Of a DNA stretch of 64,000 bases, positions 56,647-64,000 are shown in pieces. The DNA lies in contig CP091737.1 of assembly GCA_022010055.1 (NCBI GenBank), positions 472,076 through 536,075 on the forward strand. Direction: 5' to 3'. A model generated the notes under the pieces. That model was not told the origin of the DNA. It was given only the letters and a program-made list of their open reading frames with translations, and ran no database searches. Position 1 is the first letter of the stretch; each line of letters begins with the position of its first letter. The translations under genes were made by a program, and so were the position numbers. Origin of the DNA: Treponema sp. GTDB lineage: Bacteria; Spirochaetota; Spirochaetia; Treponematales; Treponemataceae.

Positions 56647-57681
56647 ATGAAAAAAATCGTCCTTTCAATTTTTTGCCTTTTTATTTTTGTTTCGTGCGCT
56701 CAGAACAGCGATTTTCTTGCTTTTGAGTCGATGAACACTTTTGTTACTCTAAAAACCTACGGAAAAAATGCCGCAAAAGCCAATTCAAGGATAAAGTCGC
56801 GGATTCTGGAGCTTGAGGACTATTTTTCCACAACAAAGCCTGAAAGCGATATTTATAAAATCAACATGAGTGACGGCGGCTCTGAAATTTCGCACACAGA
56901 AACCGCGCGCCTTGCGTTGTATGCCTTTGGAATGGCTGAAAAAACTGGAGGCGCGTTGAATCCGGCGATTTTTCCGATTGTAAAAGCCTGGGGATTTACA
57001 ACGGGCGGATACAAGATCCCTTCTGAAAACGAAATTCTTTCAATTTTGCCGTATACGGATTTTTCAAAAATAAAAATCCAGGAAGTTTCTTTTGAAAATG
57101 CTGAAAAATCTGAAAAGAAATTTATTCTTCAAAAACCTGCCGGTACAATGATAGATTTTGGCGCTGTCGCAAAAGGCTTTGCCGGCGACGAGGCTGTAAA
57201 AATCCTTGAATCGTGCGGCATTGAAGCCGCAATTCTTGATTTGGGTGGAAATATTGTTGCGTTTGGCGCGAAACCGGACGGAACGGAATGGAATGTCGGC
57301 ATAAAAAATCCCTGGAACGGCGAAAATCCTGCGGCCGGGCTAAAAATCAGGAGCAAAAATGTTGTTACAAGCGGCGGTTACGAGCGTTTTTTTGTTGGCG
57401 CAGACGGAAAAAAATATATTCATATTTTTGACGGAAAAACCGGACATCCGGTGGAAAACGGGCTTGAGAGCGTTTCCGTTGTTTCAGAAAGCGGCGTTTA
57501 TGCGGACGCCCTGAGCACGGCGCTTTTTGTGATGGGAACAGAAAAGGCTGTTGATTTCTGGAAATCCAACCGCGATTTTGACATGATTTTGATTACAAAA
57601 GACAAAAAAATCTTTTACACTCCGGGCTTGGAGGAAAAAATCACCGTTCTTTACGATTTTTCAGAAAGAATCCGCATTTGA
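56647..57681 (+). CDS. apbE: FAD:protein FMN transferase lipoprotein
   Basis: Lipobox-like FVSC, MNT, DFGAVAKG, LGGN, TSGGYER, HIFD and ADALSTA. Confidence 0.93.
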   Translation: MKKIVLSIFCLFIFVSCAQNSDFLAFESMNTFVTLKTYGKNAAKANSRIKSRILELEDYFSTTKPESDIYKINMSDGGSEISHTETARLALYAFGMAEKTGGALNPAIFPIVKAWGFTTGGYKIPSENEILSILPYTDFSKIKIQEVSFENAEKSEKKFILQKPAGTMIDFGAVAKGFAGDEAVKILESCGIEAAILDLGGNIVAFGAKPDGTEWNVGIKNPWNGENPAAGLKIRSKNVVTSGGYERFFVGADGKKYIHIFDGKTGHPVENGLESVSVVSESGVYADALSTALFVMGTEKAVDFWKSNRDFDMILITKDKKIFYTPGLEEKITVLYDFSERIRI

Positions 57682-57689
57682 CTTAAAAA

Positions 57690-57787
57690 TTGCTTGCCAT
57701 CGCTTTGAATGACTCGGTTGCCGCTGTCTTTTTCTTCCAGCTGATTCAATTTATTGATTCAGAATAAAAACTCGACATTCAGGCTGT
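57690..57787. mobile_element. MITE-like element family A, partial
   Basis: Ends aaaaactcgacattcaggct; interior similar to 36023-36087. Confidence 0.6.
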
Positions 57788-57795
57788 TGCGTTGT

Positions 57796-58875
57796 TTATT
57801 CAGCCGGCAGTTCTGTTGCGCTGAGCGCGGTTTTCAGGCGCTGCGCAATGTTTCCGGGCGTGGCTTTAAGGATGTGCAAAAGCGCCCGGTAGTATGAAAG
57901 CGTAAGACCTGTAAAGGATTTTTCAGGCACATCAAGGTTTGCGGCGCATTGGCTGAACGCGCTTGCGGCGGAAAGTCTTAGAGCCTTTGCGGTCCCGGCT
58001 AAAAGCGCGCCCTGCGTTACTGAAAAATTTCCAATCTGGAGCAGGATTTTTCCGGAAGGAACAAAAATACTTGAAGCTATTACGAAGCTCCACAGGAAGA
58101 TGTACGGCATGAATAATATTTTTCTGCCGCTAAAAAATTGAAGCAAAAGTGAAAGCGCAAAGAAGGCAGAAAGAACTGGAACCGATTTTATAAAAAAAAC
58201 TGAAACCGAAAGGGAAATAACGGCGGAAATCTTTAATATATTAAAAAAGCGGGCGTTGTTCGTTTCACTGCCGGGACAAGCCCGCAGGGCGGCGTTTGAG
58301 CCCGCAGAGGGGGCAGGACGCAACGGAGTGCGGCTGAGGGGGAGGCTTCCCCCTCTTAAAACTGGCGCTTCTGATGGAATCTTAAAAAATTGTGCTGAAA
58401 ACGCTGTGAAAATTCCGCTCGCGGCATTAAAAATAAGCATTGGGCCTAAAAGAAGCAGAGTTCCCTTTCCAAGATAAATCGTGCTTAGAAAAATCTGTGC
58501 CGCCGCGCTTATTGTTGAGCCAAGTACAGAGATTCCGTACAAAGAGAAAATCTTTTTTTTGAAAAAATTGTTCAGCCTGAAAACAGCGAGCATAAAAAAG
58601 CCGCTTAAAACCGACTGGGCGAGCGAAATTGCGGCAAAAGGCGAAAAGAGAGTTCCTGACATAAGGCTTGCGGCAAGCGCCTTGAAAGATGCGAGCAAAA
58701 AAAACGTGGAGGCTGGAAGGTCCAGGGAAGAAAGAATTACAATGTTTGAAAGCCCCGGCTTGAAAAATGGAATGAACCTGGGAAAAAGAAGTTCGGCGTA
58801 AGAAAAAATCAGTGTAAGGGCGGTAAGATAGGCAAGGCGGCTGCGTTTTTCTGAAAAATCATTGTGAGACTGCAT
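57796..58875 (-). CDS. Gx transporter/EetB-like domain fused to a truncated EcfT-like domain
   Basis: N-terminal YAE..P..IP.FKPGLSN...GTLFSP; C-terminal P.GKILLQIG...TQGALLAG..KALRL CbiQ/EcfT-like segment. Confidence 0.75.
   Translation of the reverse strand: MQSHNDFSEKRSRLAYLTALTLIFSYAELLFPRFIPFFKPGLSNIVILSSLDLPASTFFLLASFKALAASLMSGTLFSPFAAISLAQSVLSGFFMLAVFRLNNFFKKKIFSLYGISVLGSTISAAAQIFLSTIYLGKGTLLLLGPMLIFNAASGIFTAFSAQFFKIPSEAPVLRGGSLPLSRTPLRPAPSAGSNAALRACPGSETNNARFFNILKISAVISLSVSVFFIKSVPVLSAFFALSLLLQFFSGRKILFMPYIFLWSFVIASSIFVPSGKILLQIGNFSVTQGALLAGTAKALRLSAASAFSQCAANLDVPEKSFTGLTLSYYRALLHILKATPGNIAQRLKTALSATELPAE
58249..58357. repeat. Palindromic element family B copy in-frame inside a CDS
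   Basis: Reverse complement matches 26961-27095; encodes RGGSLPLSRTPLRPAPSAGSNAALRACPGSETNNAR. Confidence 0.8.
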
Positions 58876-59215
58876 CGAATTCTCCGGTTCGGGGAGCGGC
58901 GTTTTCCAGTGTGATTATAACACCGTTCGGAAGGCATACCAGCGGTGAAGCCCAGCCCTGCGCAACGCATTTTTTTTCGGGGCAGGGAGAGTCCAGTATG
59001 CGGATTTTTCCGTTTTTTACTTCGAATGTGGTTGCTCCCAAAGTTCCCTGTATTGTGTAGATTCCGTTTTTTTGGGCGGAATATTCATACCGGACTTTGT
59101 CTGCTACGGCAGATACCTTGTCTCCTGCTTTTGAAGCGTTTTTTCTTGTAAAAAAAACAGACAATGCGATTACAAGGACAAGGAGTGCTATATCCGCCGG
59201 AAGAATTTTTTTCAA
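58859..59215 (-). CDS. NusG domain II (EetA-like) protein
   Basis: N-terminal TM; SPCPEKKCVAQGW...VCLPN. Confidence 0.85.
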   Translation of the reverse strand: MKKILPADIALLVLVIALSVFFTRKNASKAGDKVSAVADKVRYEYSAQKNGIYTIQGTLGATTFEVKNGKIRILDSPCPEKKCVAQGWASPLVCLPNGVIITLENAAPRTGEFDAVSQ

Positions 59216-59217
59216 TT

Positions 59218-61098
59218 TTATTCCCAGCCGAATGTTGCAGGCGGCTTGTTTGTGGCGTCAAAATAAACCGCGTCAACAAAGTCCAGTCTTGCAATCTGTT
59301 CCAGAATTGTCTGCATAAGTTCTTTTGGCCACCATGCGAACCTCGCCGTCATTACATCTTCTGAGCAGACCGGGCGAAGCACAAAGCTTGCGTGGCCGCT
59401 TGCAGAGGCGTAAGGTAAGTCGATTGTAAGGTGCTGGAAGATTTTGCCGTACCAGCCGGATTTGTGTAGCTCCGCAAGAACTATGCTGTCCACTTCGCGC
59501 AGCTGGTCAAGGCGGCGTTTGTCGCAGTAGCCTTCCTGAAGCTTCATCTGCCCATCTTTTACGGAAGGGTTCTGGTAGAGTTTTATTACTGTGCGGTTCA
59601 AGTATTTTGAGTTGTTCGTAATTTCGCTGGATGCGCTTTCAACCTTTTCGCGGATTTTTGGAAGATGGTAAAAACCGTTTCCTTCGTCCTTGAACGTAAG
59701 GCACGCCGGGAATCTGTAAGTCCTGAAGTCGCCCTGGACGCCAACTGAGCGCACAGGAAGAACTGACCGGGCAAGGCTCTGCTGGCAGTTTTCGCAGAAC
59801 TGGGTGAACTTTATTGAGTCAAGCTCTTTCTGCGCCGCGGCAAATTCTTCCCCGTCTTTTTCGCTCCATGATTTTCCGTCGTTGCAAAGGACATTTATCG
59901 AAAGTCCTGGTCCAGGGAACGGATGGCGCATAACGAGCGAGTCGTCCAGCCCGAGCTTTTTTCCGATTGCGCGGACTTCATCCTTGTACAAGTCCTTGAT
60001 TGGCTCGATTATCAGGCCTTTTTCAATAAGAGCCTGGATGCCCTGGACGCGGTTGTGGTGCGTCTTGATTGTCTTTGAATTCTTTGTGCCGCCCGACTCG
60101 ATAATGTCCGGGTAGAGCGTTCCCTGCGCCAAGAGCCACTGGTTCTCGTCAAGGTGCTGTTTTTCAAGGACTTCGTTTCTAACCTTGATAAAGTTTTCGC
60201 CAACCGCCATTCGTTTTTTCTGCGGGTCGGTAAGCCCTTTTATTGCGCTCAAGAAACTTTCGGAAGCGTCTTCCACAATAAAATTGTTAAAACCGAATTT
60301 CCGGTATGCTTCCGCAACGCTCTTGGACTCATTTTTGCGCATAAAGCCATTGTCAATGTGAAGCCCAAGTACTTTTTCCTGGCCGAGCGCCTTGTTCAAA
60401 AGCGCGAACGTGATTGTTGAGTCCACGCCGCCAGAAAGGAAAAGGAGCACATTCTTGTCCTTCGCCTGATTTTTTATTCCCTCAAGGATAACCTTTAAAA
60501 CCGTGTCCTGATCCCAGTTTTTTTCCATTCCGCAGAATTTCGCGAAATTTTCAAAAATTTGGTTTCCGCAAGGCGTGTCTTTTACCTCGCAGTGGAACTG
60601 AAGCGAAAACCGTTTTTTAGAAAGATTCTGAAGCGCGGCGAATCTGCAGTCCTTTGTTGAGCCCACAGCCTCAAATCCTTCGCCTGGCTCAAGGACTTCA
60701 TCCTGATGGCTCATCCAGACTTGCTGGACCGGCTCAATTCCTTCAAAAAGCGGCGACTTTACGTCCGGATTCAGATTCAGTTCCGAAAAGCCAAATTCAC
60801 CGGTCGCGGCTTTTCCAACTTTTCCGCCGTAACATTTTGTCATCAGCTGGTGGCCGTAGCAAAGCCCCAGAACTGGAATATCCAGCGAAAGAATTTTCTC
60901 GTTGAATTCAGGAACATTTTCATCGTATACAGAACTTGGTCCGCCGGAAAAAATTATTCCTTTTGTGTTTTCAAAAACGCCAAGGTCTGAAGAAGGCAGC
61001 GCAATTTCTGAATAATATCCAAGGATGCGGAATCTTTTTGCAATAAGGTGCGCATACTGACTTCCAAAATCTAAAACAACAATTTTTTCTCGTGCCAT
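59218..61098 (-). CDS. guaA: GMP synthase
   Basis: LDFGSQY, GLCYGHQ, SGGVDST, IKTHHN, RHPFPGPG and KPPATFGWE. Confidence 0.96.
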   Translation of the reverse strand: MAREKIVVLDFGSQYAHLIAKRFRILGYYSEIALPSSDLGVFENTKGIIFSGGPSSVYDENVPEFNEKILSLDIPVLGLCYGHQLMTKCYGGKVGKAATGEFGFSELNLNPDVKSPLFEGIEPVQQVWMSHQDEVLEPGEGFEAVGSTKDCRFAALQNLSKKRFSLQFHCEVKDTPCGNQIFENFAKFCGMEKNWDQDTVLKVILEGIKNQAKDKNVLLFLSGGVDSTITFALLNKALGQEKVLGLHIDNGFMRKNESKSVAEAYRKFGFNNFIVEDASESFLSAIKGLTDPQKKRMAVGENFIKVRNEVLEKQHLDENQWLLAQGTLYPDIIESGGTKNSKTIKTHHNRVQGIQALIEKGLIIEPIKDLYKDEVRAIGKKLGLDDSLVMRHPFPGPGLSINVLCNDGKSWSEKDGEEFAAAQKELDSIKFTQFCENCQQSLARSVLPVRSVGVQGDFRTYRFPACLTFKDEGNGFYHLPKIREKVESASSEITNNSKYLNRTVIKLYQNPSVKDGQMKLQEGYCDKRRLDQLREVDSIVLAELHKSGWYGKIFQHLTIDLPYASASGHASFVLRPVCSEDVMTARFAWWPKELMQTILEQIARLDFVDAVYFDATNKPPATFGWE

Positions 61099-61116
61099 AA
61101 AATTTCCTTTTTCTAT

Positions 61117-61203
61117 TTGCGGGCGGTCCGGCTCGCAGGCTCGCCGTCGGGCTTTCCGCTGCAATTCGCGTCGCTCATTTTCTCTTCAATCCCTACCGCG
61201 GGC
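61117..61203. repeat. Palindromic element family C copy
   Basis: gccgtcgggctttccg...caatccct, inverse of 28325-28422. Confidence 0.65.
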
Positions 61204-61272
61204 AAAACCTGCTGTTTCTTCCCGGATGCCTGTTCTTTATGGTTTTGCCTCCAGTTTTGCCTGCAAAACTGG

Positions 61273-62889
61273 CTAATTTTTATTTTTTTTGTTTTCTTTG
61301 TTTTCGCAGGCGGCTCTTACAAATTCTCTGAAAAGCGGACCTGCCTTGTTCGGGCGGCTCTTGAATTCCGGGTGGAACTGAACGCCAACCATCCATTGAT
61401 GTCCTGGAACTTCAACAATTTCCACAAGATCCCGTTCCGGGTTTACTCCGGCAATAATCAGACCACCTTTCTTAAAGTCTTCACGGTAAACATTGTTGAA
61501 CTCGTAGCGGTGTCTGTGTCTTTCCCAAATCGTCTTGCTTCCGTATGCCTGCGCGGTTTTTGTTTCCGGCGCGACCGAACATTCAAATTTTCCAAGGCGA
61601 AGCGTTCCGCCAAGGATTTTTCCGTTCTGGTCCGGCATAAGGTCTATTACAGGATGTGTTGTTTCAGGCTCCATTTCTGTTGAATTCGCGTCTGCGAATC
61701 CAAGGACATTTCTTGCATACTCAATGCAGACAATCTGCATTCCAAGGCATATTCCAAAATAAGGAACATTGTGCGTGCGGCAGTACTTGGCGGTGTTTAC
61801 CATTCCTTCAATTCCGCGGCCGCCAAAGCCTCCCGGAACAATAACCGCATCCGCATCTTTAAGGCGATTTTCTGTGGCTTCGTCATCCGTCAAGTCTTCA
61901 GAAGAAACCCAGTCAATATCAATAGAAGCAAGATTTTCAATTCCGCCGTGAATCAGGGATTCTACAACAGAAAGGTAGGCGTCGTGAAGGGCTACATATT
62001 TTCCGACAAGCGCGATTTTTATATTTTTTTCCGGATTATTGAACCGTTCAACTACTCTGGTCCATTCAGAAAGGTCGGCAGGACCTTTTTTTATTCCAAG
62101 CGCGGTGCACACGGCTTTTCCAAGACCTTCCTTTTCAAGCTGGAGCGGGACTTCGTATATTGAGCGCGCGTTCAGGTTCTGTATTATGTGAGCCGGGTCG
62201 ACATTGCAGAAATTCGCAAGTTTCTCGCGGGTCTGGTCGTCAATCGGATGCTCTGTGCGGAGCATTATGATGTTTGGAATTATTCCAAGCTCGTGAAGCT
62301 CCTTTACGGAATGCTGGGTCGGTTTTGTTTTAAGCTCATTTGCAGTCTCAATGTAAGGAACAAGCGTAAGGTGGATGTAGCAGCAGTTCTCTTCGCCGAC
62401 TTCGTATTTTATCTGGCGGATTGCTTCTACAAACGGAAGGGATTCAATATCTCCGATTGTTCCTCCGATTTCTGTTATTATAACATCAGCGTTTGTTTCT
62501 TTGTTGAAAGAAGCATTCTGCGCTTGATTTCTTCTGTTATGTTTGGAATTACCTGGACAGTTCCGCCGTGGAATTTTCCTTCACGCTCCATGTTAAGGAC
62601 AGTAAGGTAAACGCGGCCGGCCGTTGTGTTCGATGACTGGGATAAAGATGTGTCTGTAAAACGTTCGTAATGACCAAGGTCAAGGTCGGTTTCCGCGCCG
62701 TCGTCGGTTACAAAGACTTCGCCATGCTGTATAGGATTCATCGTTCCCGGATCGATGTTCAGATAGGGGTCAAATTTGATTTACAACTTTAAGACCAAGA
62801 TTTTTTAAAATAAGACCTATTGAAGCCGCGGCAATTCCTTTGCCTAAGCCAGAAACAACTCCGCCTGTTACAAAAATGTACTTTGTCAT
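61273..62889 (-). CDS. pyrG: CTP synthase (two frameshifts)
   Basis: [39 protein letters not shown] and QFHPE. Confidence 0.96.
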
Positions 62890-62919
62890 CACAAATTCCT
62901 TTTAATCTATATCAGAAAA

Positions 62920-64000
62920 CTATAGCAAAATAGTTTCGTTGCGTCCATAAAATTTAGCCGTATATCTTGACAACTTTGACATTGCCTTTACCGCGGCCTT
63001 TGGATTTTTGTCCAGAAGCTCGCTGAAATCATCGCCCGGAATTTTTATGACTTTACATTCTGAGATGGCTGTCGCCGCTGAACGGTGGTTTGCGTCAATC
63101 ATAAAATCCAGGTCGCCAAAAAAACTTCCGGCGGAGCGTGTTTTTACAGAATCATTGCGCTCTTCCCGTATTGTTCCGGAAACAAGATAGTAAACGGAAT
63201 CCACCGTTTCTCCGTTCTTAAAAATTTCCTGCCCCGGATTGAAGATTTCCATATTTTTTTGCGTCATCAATGCGGAAGGTGTTATAAAAATCGCCCTGCG
63301 CAGAATGTCGTCAAGGTTTTTTGGATTTTTTTCCGGCAGAAGGTAAAGCTCAGAAAGCAGGTTTGAATGAAAAAACTGAACAGTGAAAATCATCTGCGCA
63401 AAAACCATAAAAAGGTTGAAAAAAATATAGACTTCAAAAAGAAGTATTATGATATTTCCCAGGACTCCGTAAATTGTATTGTAATTTGCCCTGTTCATAA
63501 AAACAGAGATTATTGTGATTGCTATATAAAAAGTCACCGTGCAGAGCAATGCGGAAACAATGCAAAGTCTTGTTTTTGGTTTTGTGCCTGAACCGATTTT
63601 GTATGCGGCGACAGTCATTGAAAAAATAATTATGTAAAGCACAAGGTTTACAAGGAAGTTCGAAAGATGGCTGAAAAGAATCGGAGAAAGCGAGGAAATC
63701 CGTTCAAAGACCGGAAGCTTGAAAATCTGCCGTGTAAGAAACGCCGCGAAAAAAGCGGCGGCGACAATAACAACGATAAAAACTTCTCCGGCAAAGGTAA
63801 GAAGCTGGTTTATGACAGGACGCGCCGGCGCGACAGTATTGAAAATTTTTGAAAGGCTCTGGATTATTGAAAGGAACATTTTTCTTGCCATCCATATTAC
63901 AAATACTGCAAGCAAAAAATTTACCCAGTTTATAACGAATCCATGTTTTAATCCGTTTATGTAGCCGTTGATGTCAAAAACCGGGGTTATGTTTGCCACA
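62920..64000 (-). CDS. YihY/BrkB membrane domain fused to a cNMP-binding domain (5' partial)
   Basis: YNTIYGVLG YihY motif; IF..G....VYYLVSG...G.FFG....HRSATA.A cNMP fold. Confidence 0.8.
   Translation of the reverse strand, partial: VANITPVFDINGYINGLKHGFVINWVNFLLAVFVIWMARKMFLSIIQSLSKIFNTVAPARPVINQLLTFAGEVFIVVIVAAAFFAAFLTRQIFKLPVFERISSLSPILFSHLSNFLVNLVLYIIIFSMTVAAYKIGSGTKPKTRLCIVSALLCTVTFYIAITIISVFMNRANYNTIYGVLGNIIILLFEVYIFFNLFMVFAQMIFTVQFFHSNLLSELYLLPEKNPKNLDDILRRAIFITPSALMTQKNMEIFNPGQEIFKNGETVDSVYYLVSGTIREERNDSVKTRSAGSFFGDLDFMIDANHRSAATAISECKVIKIPGDDFSELLDKNPKAAVKAMSKLSRYTAKFYGRNETILL

Overview
Core-genome segment of a spirochete, most likely a gut or rumen Treponema. This is inferred from the class I LysRS and the alaS-SurA-like-nusB-TPR-groES-sigma order, which matches T. 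pallidum as I recall it. It carries housekeeping and biosynthetic genes (aroC, dapA, asd, groEL/ES, alaS, recG, dnaE, gltX, argJBD, fusA, lysS, panBC-coaBC-coaX-panD, guaA, pyrG), a Gld-like ABC module, an ArsR/P1B-ATPase metal module and an ApbE/EetA/EetB-like flavin module. About 20 genes, many essential, are split by single-base indels, which points to uncorrected long-read errors. Features missing from the ORF track: (1) a complete candidate type I toxin-antitoxin locus (47634-48003); (2) an AT-rich degraded island with a double-glycine-leader peptide coupled to a two-domain retropepsin/PDZ protease and a GT4 remnant; (3) three hairpin-rich tandem units that duplicate gene termini (groEL 3', gltX 5', argB 3'), the argB array showing CAGGA at every hairpin loop; (4) at least three families of dispersed palindromic/MITE-like elements, one translated in-frame inside two proteins; (5) a consensus sigma54 promoter before an RpoS-like sigma factor; (6) a pan-motif-like twin-hairpin leader, tandem ARG boxes and an ArsR operator. 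All assignments come from motif reading; no searches were run.
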